Virus record (IMG/VR): IMGVR_UViG_3300027741_000078
Span: 1-56,134 of that record
Length of the DNA stretch: 56,134 nt
Strand: one strand, 5' to 3'
From: a virus
Taxonomy: Duplodnaviria > Caudoviricetes
Shown: piece after piece, positions 9,113 through 19,537 of the stretch
How the letters are laid out: every line of letters starts with the position of its first letter
Numbering within the stretch: the first letter of the stretch is position 1
Notes under the pieces: generated by a model
Told to the model about the DNA's origin: nothing
Database searches by the model: none
Seen by the model: only the letters and a program-made list of their open reading frames with translations
Translations under genes and position numbers: made by a program

Positions 9113-11326
9113 ATGACTAAGAAGGTTTTTTCTCTAGATACTCAGGCAGGTGTACAACGCGACGGTACGCTGTTTGACAAGAACTTCTATAACGACGGGC
9201 GTTGGGTAAGGTTTCAGCGCGGCAGGCCTCGTAAGATCGGCGGCTACCGGATGCTATCTGACCAGCTCACGGGTCCATCTCGAGGGATGTGGACTAACGC
9301 TGCGAATGGTGTCAACCAGATTTTCTCGGGCTACAGCGGCGGCCTGCAGGAGCTCGTGATTGACAACAACGGCAACGGTCAGGGTATCCAGAACTTCACG
9401 CTATCCAACTTCACTGCTAGCAACAATAACCTCTGGCAGTTTGACGGGTTTTATGACGTCGGCGGTAATGGCGTTGGCTCAATCGTTGCTCATCCAGGTC
9501 AGAATCTTGCCGCGATTGATAGTTCCGTCAATACGCCGGTGCTTATTGGAGACATCAACGGCTCTACGATGTCTAAGGTTGGCGTATTCACCAACTCGCT
9601 TACGGGGAATAACACTGTAATCGCCACAATTCCTACGGCGAATCCGTTGATTGGTGTTGGGCAGACGGTAACTGGCACGAATATCCCTCCGAATACGACT
9701 GTTGTTGGCGTCAATACCACGAATATCACCTTCAACAACGTCATTCCATCGGGGACCGTCACCGCCACCTTTGACAATAACGTGGATGTATCTGGTGGCG
9801 TCGTCTCCCTGCACCCTTACCTGTTTGTCTTTGGCAACAACGGATTCCTAAAGAACTGCTCTGCCGGCAACCCTGCGAACTGGGTGGGGCTGGACTCAAA
9901 CGAGGTTAACGTCGCCACCGGGAAGATTGTGGCTGGGTTAGCGGTTCGAGGCGGTAGCAACTCTCCTTCTGGTCTGTTCTGGAGTCTTGACAGCCTTATT
10001 CGGGTCTCATACATCGGCGGGACGGGTACCCCTGCTCAATATTGGCGCTATGAGACGATCTCGGGGCAGACTTCGATTATGTCTAGCCAGTCCGTGATTG
10101 AGTACGACGGGATCTATTTCTGGTGCGGCGTTGACCGGTTCATGCTCTACGGCGGGACGGTGAAGGAGATCCCTAACGACTTTAACCAGAACTATTTCTT
10201 CGACAACCTTAACTACTCACAGCGGCAGAAGGTTTGGGCCTGCAAGGTGCCGAGGTACGGAGAGATTTGGTGGTTCTACCCTCGCGGAACGTCAACCGAG
10301 TGCAACGACGCGATTATCTATAACGTCCGATCCGGGGTATGGTATGACGCTGGGCAGGCTTTAGGGGCAGGCAGGAGCGCCGGCTACTTCTCAATGGTCT
10401 TCCCCTACCCAATCATGGCGCAGTCGACCACGATCCCTAGCACGCAGGTATTTACAAACACCTTCACGACGGTGAGCGGTAGCGTCTGGTTAAATGCAGA
10501 CTTCGCAAGCACTCTGGCAGACCCGCTGCAGGTTATTACGGGCAACAACATTGCTGCCAACACGACGGTGGTTACGGTTGTTGCGAATAGCCTAAAAACG
10601 ATCGGCGCATTAACGAGCGGCTCAGGGTACACACCAGGTACATACAATGCAACTGCATTAACAGGGGTCGGCGGGATAGGCGCGACGGCAGACATAGTGG
10701 TGGATGGAACGGGGGCCGTCACCTCTGTAACGATCGTCAGCAGGGGCTCTGGATACGCTATTGGTGCTGTGTTGTCTGCGAACATACCTGGCGGGGCTGG
10801 ATTCTCTGTGCCGGTTAGTGCTGTTTATGTTCAGAGCATCCAGATGTCAAACGCTGCAACTGGATCCGGCACCCAGACTCTGACGTTTAGCTCGCCATTA
10901 AATCGGATTCGCGTCTATCAGCATGAGTATGGCGTTAATGACGTGACCGGCCAGAACGCGGCGGCGATTGAGTCTTACTTTGAGACAAACGACCTTGGAT
11001 GGGTATCAGGCGGACCTGCAGCGCCGGCTCCACCTCCGGGTCAGGGCGGAGTAGCCGGAGACAACAAATGGCTGCGTCTAGAGCGTGTGGAGCCCGATTT
11101 TGTGCAGACCGGGAACATGAGCCTAGTCATTACGGGTAGGCCTTACGCGCAGTCTGATGATGCTACGTCAGAGCCGTATGTTTTTGGGCCTACGACTGGC
11201 AAGATTGACATGAAGGAGCAGAGGCGGGAGTTGAGGTTGCGTTTCATTAGTAACGTGGTGGACGGCAACTATCAGCTCGGTAAAGTGTTGTTAAGTGGAG
11301 ACTTTGGCGACGTTCGAGGGTACTGA
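9113..11326 (+). CDS. Tail nozzle / stabilisation (tubular B-like) protein with inserted G-rich modules
   Basis: ATG at 9113; WVRF..G.P.KIGG and EIWWFYP...IYN...WY motifs. Confidence 0.65.
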   Translation: MTKKVFSLDTQAGVQRDGTLFDKNFYNDGRWVRFQRGRPRKIGGYRMLSDQLTGPSRGMWTNAANGVNQIFSGYSGGLQELVIDNNGNGQGIQNFTLSNFTASNNNLWQFDGFYDVGGNGVGSIVAHPGQNLAAIDSSVNTPVLIGDINGSTMSKVGVFTNSLTGNNTVIATIPTANPLIGVGQTVTGTNIPPNTTVVGVNTTNITFNNVIPSGTVTATFDNNVDVSGGVVSLHPYLFVFGNNGFLKNCSAGNPANWVGLDSNEVNVATGKIVAGLAVRGGSNSPSGLFWSLDSLIRVSYIGGTGTPAQYWRYETISGQTSIMSSQSVIEYDGIYFWCGVDRFMLYGGTVKEIPNDFNQNYFFDNLNYSQRQKVWACKVPRYGEIWWFYPRGTSTECNDAIIYNVRSGVWYDAGQALGAGRSAGYFSMVFPYPIMAQSTTIPSTQVFTNTFTTVSGSVWLNADFASTLADPLQVITGNNIAANTTVVTVVANSLKTIGALTSGSGYTPGTYNATALTGVGGIGATADIVVDGTGAVTSVTIVSRGSGYAIGAVLSANIPGGAGFSVPVSAVYVQSIQMSNAATGSGTQTLTFSSPLNRIRVYQHEYGVNDVTGQNAAAIESYFETNDLGWVSGGPAAPAPPPGQGGVAGDNKWLRLERVEPDFVQTGNMSLVITGRPYAQSDDATSEPYVFGPTTGKIDMKEQRRELRLRFISNVVDGNYQLGKVLLSGDFGDVRGY

Positions 11327-11565
11327 TGGCCGTTTTATATGACCCGCGCTATCATACTTTCGTGTCTTGGGCCGACCTGATGGTGGAGCAATTCGCCAGT
11401 AATCAGCTTGAGATACCGAACGAGAAGACCGATTGGAAGGCGTGGGGTCAAGGCCTCAAGTCTATCGGGGTCTTCTCTAACGAAGCCGTTCCCGATCCTG
11501 ATCAGTATGGAAACTGGTCGGACTGGGCCTCTGCACTTATCAACGCGATGAATGGAAATGTCTGA
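11326..11565 (+). CDS. Hypothetical tail-module protein
   Basis: Coupled 79-aa Trp-rich ORF (TGATG overlap). Confidence 0.6.
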   Translation: MAVLYDPRYHTFVSWADLMVEQFASNQLEIPNEKTDWKAWGQGLKSIGVFSNEAVPDPDQYGNWSDWASALINAMNGNV

Positions 11566-12502
11566 CACAATTTTTGTTGGTATCTCATCCTACCGTGACC
11601 CGCTCCTAGCCCACACCATCAAAAGCGCCCTAGACAACGCCAAGTACCCTGAGCAGATTAGGTTCGGCGTTGTTGAGCAGGAGATCCCAGAGCGGCGGAT
11701 TGTTCCTGAATCATTTTGTGGCGCCAACATCACCCATATAGCGATTGACCCCAAGGTATCTCGAGGTGCCTGCTGGGCGAGGTCGTTGCAGATGTCCTTG
11801 TTTGACGATGAGGACTGGGTCTTCCAGATTGACTCTCACACCGTCTTTGATTACGGCTGGGACGAGTATTTTGTGGAGATGAGCAAGATACTGATGATGA
11901 CCAACCCGAAGGTCGTTATCTCGGGCTATCCAAGGGGCTTCATATTTAAGAACGGCAGGTCTGAGAAGGTCCGCGATGACGGGAAGGTGATCGTACACAC
12001 CTGCACAGAGGACACGAGCTTTGAGCATGGGCCGGTTCTCAACATTCCGCCAAAGGGTATTGACTCCGAGGTCCCGGTGAAGGGCTTTTATATTGGCGCC
12101 CAGACCATGTTTGCTCCGGGTCGTTTTATCTATGAGGTCCCTTATGACCCCTATCTTTACTTTAATGGCGAGGAGCACTCCTTAGCGGTGCGGGCGTTTA
12201 CGTTTGGGTGGGACATTTACCACTGCCCAGGTATGCCGGTATATCACCTTTACGAGACTAGTGACACGGACAGCTACCGCAAAAAGCACTGGGAAGACAA
12301 AGAGAACGAAGATCGTAAGGTAAAATGGGGGAATATGGACGTCAGATCTAAGACGCGCCTCGCTGAGATGCTTTTATACGGCAAGGACGTTGGCAGGATC
12401 GGCCTTGGTAATGTCAGGACTCTGCAGGAGTTTGCAGAGTTCTCTGGTATTGACTACCCCAATAAGTTCATCCACGAAAAGGCTCGAAAGGGAATTTGGT
12501 GA
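11552..12502 (+). CDS. GT60-like (Pfam 'GlcNAc'; Gnt1/polypeptide GlcNAc-transferase-like) glycosyltransferase
   Basis: IFVGISSYRD, SRGACWAR, FQIDSH, YDPYLYFNGEE...RAFT.G.DIY...YHLY motifs; start may be 11558. Confidence 0.85.
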   Translation: MEMSDTIFVGISSYRDPLLAHTIKSALDNAKYPEQIRFGVVEQEIPERRIVPESFCGANITHIAIDPKVSRGACWARSLQMSLFDDEDWVFQIDSHTVFDYGWDEYFVEMSKILMMTNPKVVISGYPRGFIFKNGRSEKVRDDGKVIVHTCTEDTSFEHGPVLNIPPKGIDSEVPVKGFYIGAQTMFAPGRFIYEVPYDPYLYFNGEEHSLAVRAFTFGWDIYHCPGMPVYHLYETSDTDSYRKKHWEDKENEDRKVKWGNMDVRSKTRLAEMLLYGKDVGRIGLGNVRTLQEFAEFSGIDYPNKFIHEKARKGIW

Positions 12503-12505
12503 TAT

Positions 12506-15500
12506 ATGGCTAATGACCTCACTACGCTAAAAGGAGAACTTTATTTAATAAACAAAGCGTCTAGTAATGGTTACGGCAATCGTGCTATGGGGCCGGAGTC
12601 CCATATCAATAATATAGCTAATATTCTATATAACGATTATGGTGTAAAGTCTCTAAGGGACATTCAGCCTTATTGGGTTCCTGCAACGCCAAGAATTGAC
12701 GGCAGGTACGAAAAGCGCCCCACCGGAACGGGGTACTGGAAGCTTACCCCTGCATGGCCCGGAAGCAAAATAAATACAAAAGAATGGGTTGACACATATA
12801 CATCCGTGTACATCCCCCCGGTTCCGGCCGTCCCTGCACATTGGTCGGACACGCAAGCGGTAAACAAGGCAAACGGCAAGGTAATCCCAATAGGGCAAAT
12901 TGGCTCTAGCGGAGAGGGAAAGGGCTATACAAACTACAAGCTGATGCCGATCAAGCAGGCGGACGGATCAACTGTCTTCGCGCCAGGACAAGAATGGCAT
13001 GACTCTAGTGACTTTAACAAGATCGCGCCGTTTCTATTTGTTGGTTTGGCGCTTACCGGGATTGGCGGGGCTCTCGGTGCAGTGGTTGGTTTAGAGGGGG
13101 CCGCAGCTAGTGCATTTGGAACGGCTGCAATTTCAACAGCAATCTCCGCCGCTGCAGGAAAAATAGGGGACGTCGGTGATGTTCTTGAGTCATTCGCGAA
13201 GGGTTTTGCAGGCAACTATCTAGGCGACCTTGTTGGCAAAGAAATAAGTTCCGTTATTGATTCAACAATCGGGAAAGGGCAGGTATCAGACGTTATTAAA
13301 AACGTCGTCACCGGAGGGGCAAAGAGCGCCGTTCAAGCCGTCGTTGATGGGAAAAATTTAGATCAAATCAAAAACGCCTTTGAAAAAGGAGGTGTTGCGG
13401 CGGCAATTCCTTCAATACTAGGCAAGGTCCCTGGTTACAATGACCTGTCTGCTGGATCGCAAAGCATTATTTCTAGCGCATTAACAGGCAAGTTAAATGG
13501 CAAAACTCCTACCGCCGGGCTAATTCAGTCTGCAATTACCGCGACTGGGGTTGTTGCAGACACCGCCAAGTCGTTAAATCTTGATCCTGCACAAGAAAAG
13601 CTGCTGGTATCGGGGCTAACGAATACTGCTATGGCGCTGGCGACAAATAAGCCGATTGATGAAGCGCTTGCAAAAACCTTAATACAGTCGGGCCAGACAG
13701 CATTTAATGATTTGGGGAAAAGCTACGCTGGAAAGCTAACCGCAGGGTTAACTGATAGCGTTAAAGCGCAAGTAAAGACGCCGCAGGATTTGGTCACGTT
13801 GGCGCAGCAGTCTTCAGACGGGGTAGACCAACTCCTCGAGACAATTAACGCGGCAGACAAACGGCAGAACGCTATTGAGACTCGGCTTGCCGCGATTAAA
13901 TCTGAAATCAATCCGCAGCTTGAATCTTATCAAAAGGCTGACGCCGAAAGAAACAAACAGTTAACAAATTATTACGACATGATCGGCAGCGGATACTCTG
14001 TCGGCGCAATCAATGATCAAATTGACAAGTTAAATTCAGCAACAGAAAAGTTAAATATTGAATCCACCGCTTTGCAAAATAAGTGGTCAAAGTATCAAGA
14101 CGAGACGAAGAGCCTAAATGATGAGTTAAGCCAGCTCAAGGTCTCGATTCCCAAAAATATAGAGTCCTTCAACCAATTCAAACAAAACCTGCAGGCGGCC
14201 GGCACGACGCTAGACGCATTTAATAACGACTTAAAGAGCAAAACCGAGTCTTTAATTGTTAGCAAAGTCGCGCCAGAATTCGACGCAAACGCCTACGCCA
14301 AGCTGCACAACATTAGCCCGTCTGAGGCCTATAGCAACTGGATAGGCACGGGGATGACGGCCCCTATCAATGACGCCGAGGTTAAGGCGATGGCCGCCGC
14401 CGCACCTCAGAGTGTTATTGAGGGGCTTGCCGATGCGGGAGACGTCAAGGAGGGTTTGGTTGACTCCCACCTGGCGTATGCCATTGCAGCAAGCGCCAAA
14501 GACCAACAGGACAAGGCTCAGGAGGCTATCCAGGCCAATATGCAGGGATACGCCAAGGCCGCTTACGAGGCAGCGCAGACCGGCAGCAAGACCTTTAAGT
14601 TTACGGGCGAGGATGGCGTCCAGTACACGCTAAACACGCCGAAAGAGCTTTTGCCGCGTACCTATCAAGATGCGCTGCAGACGGCTATCAACAACGGTGA
14701 TAAGACCTTCAAGTATACCGGCGAGGATGGCAAAGAGTACACGGTCCCGATTGCAAACAACCTGCTGCCCAGAACCTACCAAGACGCGATGCAGGCGGCG
14801 AAGCAGCGCGGGGACAATACCTTTCAGTACCTCGGCGAAGACGGAAAACAATACACGGTTGCGGTTCCGCAGGACGTGCAGAAGACGTCGATCGTAACCA
14901 AGGCTGCTCCTGCAATTCCAACCGTGTTTGGTTCGTGGAATAAGCCCACCCTAGATCAGTACGAGATACCTCCTGGCGTCAAGCTCGCCACCCCGCAGCA
15001 GGTTTACAACGATCGTACCGCGACCCTGATGAAGCTTGAGAACGGAAGCTACGTCTGGATCCAGGTTCAGAGCGATCGCCTTCGAGATCAGAAATACGGC
15101 ATAACGGATCCGGATTGGGTTAAGGCAAACGATCCCACGGCGTACATAGCAACAATTAAGAACATCCCAACGGATCAGTTACCGGCGTCCCTGCAGAAGA
15201 CTCAGCCTGGCTACGTTAAAGCCGCAGAGGACTTAATTGGTAAGGCTAAAAACATCGCGCCTAGCGCCGTCATGGATACGGTCTCCATGTTCCTTAATGG
15301 TGCGGCGGATGCGGCAAACATTTTTGGTGCGGTTTCTTCGGTTATTTCCGGCACCAAAACAGAGAACACTGCACTGGGTCAGCTTGCCAAAAATTTGACT
15401 GGCCTAAGCGATAAGGCCATGAGCGATGACCTCAAGTCTGCCATTGCCGATAATGTGCAGAGGTGGAACGACTCTCGAGGGCTTGGTGGCAGCGTTAGCG

Positions 15501-18500
15501 CAATCGCCCAGAGCATTTGGGAGAACCCGATCGCAACACTTGGGTTCCAGGTTGGATCCGAGGTCGTTAGCGAGCTGCTCACAGGCGGCACGGCGGGAGT
15601 GGGCGCGAAGTTGGCTGGCAAAGCCGCAAGGGGCGCCTACGTTGCTGATGAGTTGGCGGCGAAGGTTGCATCAAGAACCGGGATCGTACTGTCCGAGGCG
15701 CCGGAGATTATTGCCGGTACCGCAGGGGCTTTTGATTCAACTTACAACGATGTATACGCCACCGCAATAAAGAATGGCAAAACAGAGGCGCAGGCGGCCC
15801 AGATGGCTGCGGATGCTGCGTATAAGGTTGCCGGCGCAAGCTTGGTAACGGGGCTGATTGTCAATGGCAAGAACCCTAACGAACTATCCAATCTTATGTT
15901 TGGCGCCAAACCGTCTGCCGCCAAGCAAAACTTTCTAGATGCAACAACGGGGATTTCAAAGGCTTACGCTAATCAGGTTAAGAAGACCGGATTAGAGGAG
16001 GCCAAAGATGAATTTGTTGAGCAGTTAATACCAAATGCGGTTCGAGATATTTACAAGGGCGCCAATTTTGGGCTGTCAGCGATTGATCCTGGAAAGAGTT
16101 TAACTGAGGCCGCTTATGCGGGGATTATCGGAGGGCTTACTGGATCAACAATCGCCGCTGGTGTTGTGCCCGCTCGGAGCATTGATGATGTAAACAGAAA
16201 CATTACGGCACTAACCTCTCCTCAAATGCTGACGGCAATTGAAAAGGTTCAGCAAATAAAAGACAATCCCAGGTCTTATACCTTGGCTGAATTGTCAAAG
16301 CAAGAAGGCGAAATTATTTCTGCCGCTCACAAAGTTGGAATTTATGACCCAGAAGAAGTAGCCCGCATCGTAATCAGCGCATACCCTAGCGTAAACACAA
16401 AGCAATTAGATACCCTGATAGAGGCAGACGCAAAAGCTTCAATCAGGCAATCTGTAATTGACGAAAACCCGGCTGTTAATAATAGCGAACTAGACAGCAT
16501 TACGTCTGAAAATTACAACAGCGTCTCTGCTTATGTTTACGAAAAAAGGTCCGTTTCTGCGGCGGCTTCCTCAATGGACCCGTCGTCGGCTGCCGCCTAT
16601 ATTAAATCGTTTAGGTCTGCAGAGGCTTCAAATTCCAATTCCCTTGCTTCTTACGGAAAGCAATTAGAGGCGTCGTCTCCAGGGGCGTCAAAATCTCTTT
16701 CTTTATCCGCAAACCAAGCTAAAGTATTTTCAATAAGCCAGACCCAGTCATTATCTAAATCAACATCCGTTTCTTTATCGCAATCAAAATACCTCTCTTC
16801 TTCGTACTCAGTCTCTTATTCCAGGTCAGAGTCAATTGTCTTCTCAATACACGACTCTATTGCATCATCAAGCGCATGGAACTCCTCTCATGCCGCTTAT
16901 AACTGGTCAGTGTCTCAATCCACTTCGTCTTCGTTAAGCGCTTCAAGATCAATAAAGGCGTCGCAATCATCTTCGTTAAGCACTTATAAATCAGAGCAAT
17001 TATCGGCGTCGTCATCACTAAGCCTTTACAAAAAAGGATTGGCATCGCAGACGGTATCAAGCTCGCAATCAAGTTCTATAGCGAGCAGCGCCACTTCTCA
17101 GCCAATCAGCTCGTCTTTAAGCGAATTGCGATCTTCAGCTATATCTCAGTCAATATCAAAATCTGAATCTAAAGCTTCTTATCTTTCTAGCTACTCCGCG
17201 TCAACGTCATCTTCTACGTCGTCAAGAGCGGCGGAAATATCTGCCTCTAGGTCTAAATCCATAGAAGAATCTGCCGCTAAAAGCTCATATTTTTTGTCAT
17301 CTTCTTTGTCTGACTCTACTTCTCGAAGCGCTTCAAGATCCAATTTAATTTCGCAGTCAACATCTAAATCAACAATACAGTCGGTATCTAACAGCGCTTA
17401 CCTGTCTTCGTCTTACTTTGCTGCGTCTTCTACGTCAGTATCCAAATCTGAGGCGGCGGCTCAATCAATTTCAATTTCCAAGTCTGAGGCCGCTTCAAAG
17501 GCAAGCGCTTATTATTCTTCTTCTGCAACTTCTGCGTCTGCTGTTAGTGCTTCAAGATCAACTTTTATATCTGAGTCCAAGTCAAAGTCACAATCCGAAT
17601 ACCTTGCAAGAAGCTCCGCTTACTCATCCTCGTTGCTTTCATCCAGTGTTTCTAGATCTGAATATGCATCGCAAGCGCTAGAGAAATCTAAATCAAACTC
17701 GGCTTCTCAAGCTGCATATTTGTCTTCTTCTTATGCTGCGGCGTCATCTTCTTCTTTGTCTAGGTCAAACTCAAACTTAAATTCGTCGTCAATTTCTAAG
17801 TCTGAATCTACTTCAAGGGCGGCTTCTTATTATTCATCTTCTTCCGCGTCTGCCTCTGCCGTTAGCTCCTCAAAGTTAGCTTTTATATCTGAGTCAAAAG
17901 CAAAGTCAGAGTCGGAGTATCTTTCAAGAAGCGCCTCTTATTCTTCCTCATTGGTATCTTTTAACGCCTCTAAGTCAGCATATACATCGCAGTCTTTAGA
18001 GAAGTCAATATCGGACTCTGCTTTCCAAAAATCATATTTACTGTCCTCTTACGGCGCCGCATCTTCTTCTTCTACATCCAGATCAATCGCCGCGTCAACC
18101 TCTGCATCGCAGTCAAAAGTCGAGGCCACCTCCAAGGCTGTATCTTATTACGCTTCTTCATCGGCATCCGCTTCTTCTGATCTGGCATCAAAATCAAAGT
18201 CAATTTCTGAATCAAAGGCATCCAGTTCGGCCCAAGAGGCCATAAAGCTATCCGAAAGAATCGTATCTTATAGTATCTCGCAATCTTTATACTCGTCTTA
18301 TAGACTCTCCGTTTCAAATTCAAAAGCCGGGATAGTTACGCCAGTGAGTCCATCTCAGACCACACCGGCAAGCTCGTCTCCGAATACATCAGGCACAGCT
18401 AACGCCTCAAGCTTATCCGCAAGCGCCAAAATATCGATTAGCAAAAGTATATTAAACTCTACAAACGAAAGCATATTTATTAGCAACAGCCTTTTAGCCT

Positions 18501-19537
18501 TAACAAATGCGAGCATTCTTGCGGCTAGAAACGAAAAAGTATCGACGAGCAAAAGCATTCTGGCGTCGACAAGCAAAAGTATTCTAAACTCTATAAATCA
18601 AAGCGTATTTGTTAGCAATAGCATTCTGGCCTCAACGAGCGCTAGCATATCAACAAGCAAAAGTATCTCAGTCTCAACAAGCGCCAGCATCTCTTTGAGT
18701 ATAAAAACATCTATAAACACCAACATTCAATCAAGCAAACCGCCCGGCTCTTCCGTGGTAACGACGTCTGCAAGCGGAACGACGTCGGCTCCCGTAACGA
18801 CTTCTCCTGCTATCACCTCGTCTGCGGTGGAGTCCTCGACCGAGACAGCATCTTCGCCACCCGTAACATCCTCGCCACCCGTAACCTCTTCGCCACCTAT
18901 AACATCGTCGCCCGCCATAACCTCGCCAAAGGTCACGACACCTCCATCAAGCAGTCGCCCGGCAAGTAGCGGATTTCAATTTAGCACACCCTCAATTGCG
19001 CCTGTCACGGACTCCACGTTCTCGGATTATGTTAGGCCTATAATTGGCGGCGCACCGGTATACAAGGGAATCCTTGATCAGTTTTTCAAGAAAGTTGAAT
19101 CGGACAAACAACCGGAGACTTCTGTGCCCAAACAAGCGTATTACGAGTACGGAGAGTCAACTCCGATTTCTGACATTATTGGCAGCAATGAAGAGGTCGC
19201 TCCAGAAGAAGAGCCTGCTTTTGCGGCGGGCGGATTAACGTCTCCGCTAAAAACCTTCTATAAGTCGGGTAAAATACGCCAGGACTTCCGCAAGGGTGAT
19301 GCCGTCTCAGGGCCTGGTGATGGGCAGTCTGACGACATTCCCGCGATGCTAGCGGATGGCGAGTTTGTTATTCCCGCTGACGTCGTGGCCGCCTTGGGTA
19401 ACGGCTCAACTAAGGCTGGGAGCGATCAGTTGTACAAGATGATGCACGAAATTCGTAACCGTGCCAGGTCTGCCCACCCGAAGAGCCTTCCACCTAAAGC
19501 TCTGTCGCCACTTGATTACCTGAAGCGGAGAAAATAA
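12506..19537 (+). CDS. Giant (2343 aa) putative internal virion/ejection protein with Ser-rich and mucin-like regions
   Basis: N-terminal Gly/Ala hydrophobic stretch, coiled-coil region, 38-aa repeats, about 800-aa Ser-rich tract, C-terminal GPGDGQSDDIPAMLADGEFVIPADVV motif seen in phage tape-measure/internal proteins. Confidence 0.75.
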   Translation: MANDLTTLKGELYLINKASSNGYGNRAMGPESHINNIANILYNDYGVKSLRDIQPYWVPATPRIDGRYEKRPTGTGYWKLTPAWPGSKINTKEWVDTYTSVYIPPVPAVPAHWSDTQAVNKANGKVIPIGQIGSSGEGKGYTNYKLMPIKQADGSTVFAPGQEWHDSSDFNKIAPFLFVGLALTGIGGALGAVVGLEGAAASAFGTAAISTAISAAAGKIGDVGDVLESFAKGFAGNYLGDLVGKEISSVIDSTIGKGQVSDVIKNVVTGGAKSAVQAVVDGKNLDQIKNAFEKGGVAAAIPSILGKVPGYNDLSAGSQSIISSALTGKLNGKTPTAGLIQSAITATGVVADTAKSLNLDPAQEKLLVSGLTNTAMALATNKPIDEALAKTLIQSGQTAFNDLGKSYAGKLTAGLTDSVKAQVKTPQDLVTLAQQSSDGVDQLLETINAADKRQNAIETRLAAIKSEINPQLESYQKADAERNKQLTNYYDMIGSGYSVGAINDQIDKLNSATEKLNIESTALQNKWSKYQDETKSLNDELSQLKVSIPKNIESFNQFKQNLQAAGTTLDAFNNDLKSKTESLIVSKVAPEFDANAYAKLHNISPSEAYSNWIGTGMTAPINDAEVKAMAAAAPQSVIEGLADAGDVKEGLVDSHLAYAIAASAKDQQDKAQEAIQANMQGYAKAAYEAAQTGSKTFKFTGEDGVQYTLNTPKELLPRTYQDALQTAINNGDKTFKYTGEDGKEYTVPIANNLLPRTYQDAMQAAKQRGDNTFQYLGEDGKQYTVAVPQDVQKTSIVTKAAPAIPTVFGSWNKPTLDQYEIPPGVKLATPQQVYNDRTATLMKLENGSYVWIQVQSDRLRDQKYGITDPDWVKANDPTAYIATIKNIPTDQLPASLQKTQPGYVKAAEDLIGKAKNIAPSAVMDTVSMFLNGAADAANIFGAVSSVISGTKTENTALGQLAKNLTGLSDKAMSDDLKSAIADNVQRWNDSRGLGGSVSAIAQSIWENPIATLGFQVGSEVVSELLTGGTAGVGAKLAGKAARGAYVADELAAKVASRTGIVLSEAPEIIAGTAGAFDSTYNDVYATAIKNGKTEAQAAQMAADAAYKVAGASLVTGLIVNGKNPNELSNLMFGAKPSAAKQNFLDATTGISKAYANQVKKTGLEEAKDEFVEQLIPNAVRDIYKGANFGLSAIDPGKSLTEAAYAGIIGGLTGSTIAAGVVPARSIDDVNRNITALTSPQMLTAIEKVQQIKDNPRSYTLAELSKQEGEIISAAHKVGIYDPEEVARIVISAYPSVNTKQLDTLIEADAKASIRQSVIDENPAVNNSELDSITSENYNSVSAYVYEKRSVSAAASSMDPSSAAAYIKSFRSAEASNSNSLASYGKQLEASSPGASKSLSLSANQAKVFSISQTQSLSKSTSVSLSQSKYLSSSYSVSYSRSESIVFSIHDSIASSSAWNSSHAAYNWSVSQSTSSSLSASRSIKASQSSSLSTYKSEQLSASSSLSLYKKGLASQTVSSSQSSSIASSATSQPISSSLSELRSSAISQSISKSESKASYLSSYSASTSSSTSSRAAEISASRSKSIEESAAKSSYFLSSSLSDSTSRSASRSNLISQSTSKSTIQSVSNSAYLSSSYFAASSTSVSKSEAAAQSISISKSEAASKASAYYSSSATSASAVSASRSTFISESKSKSQSEYLARSSAYSSSLLSSSVSRSEYASQALEKSKSNSASQAAYLSSSYAAASSSSLSRSNSNLNSSSISKSESTSRAASYYSSSSASASAVSSSKLAFISESKAKSESEYLSRSASYSSSLVSFNASKSAYTSQSLEKSISDSAFQKSYLLSSYGAASSSSTSRSIAASTSASQSKVEATSKAVSYYASSSASASSDLASKSKSISESKASSSAQEAIKLSERIVSYSISQSLYSSYRLSVSNSKAGIVTPVSPSQTTPASSSPNTSGTANASSLSASAKISISKSILNSTNESIFISNSLLALTNASILAARNEKVSTSKSILASTSKSILNSINQSVFVSNSILASTSASISTSKSISVSTSASISLSIKTSINTNIQSSKPPGSSVVTTSASGTTSAPVTTSPAITSSAVESSTETASSPPVTSSPPVTSSPPITSSPAITSPKVTTPPSSSRPASSGFQFSTPSIAPVTDSTFSDYVRPIIGGAPVYKGILDQFFKKVESDKQPETSVPKQAYYEYGESTPISDIIGSNEEVAPEEEPAFAAGGLTSPLKTFYKSGKIRQDFRKGDAVSGPGDGQSDDIPAMLADGEFVIPADVVAALGNGSTKAGSDQLYKMMHEIRNRARSAHPKSLPPKALSPLDYLKRRK
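14560..14875 (+). repeat. Three 38-aa (114-bp) repeats: G.KTFKxxGEDGxxYT...LLPRTYQDA
   Basis: Visible in translation and DNA (ggcgaggatggc / ggcgaagacgga recurring). Confidence 0.85.
17396..18230 (+). repeat. 318-bp (106-aa) higher-order repeat, about 2.6 copies, within the Ser-rich tract
   Basis: Units start at 17396 (AYLSSSYFAA), 17714 (AYLSSSYAAA) and 18032 (SYLLSSYGAA). Confidence 0.8.
18851..18927 (+). repeat. 18-bp repeats encoding mucin-like SSPPVT units
   Basis: SSPPVTSSPPVTSSPPITSSPAITSP. Confidence 0.85.
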
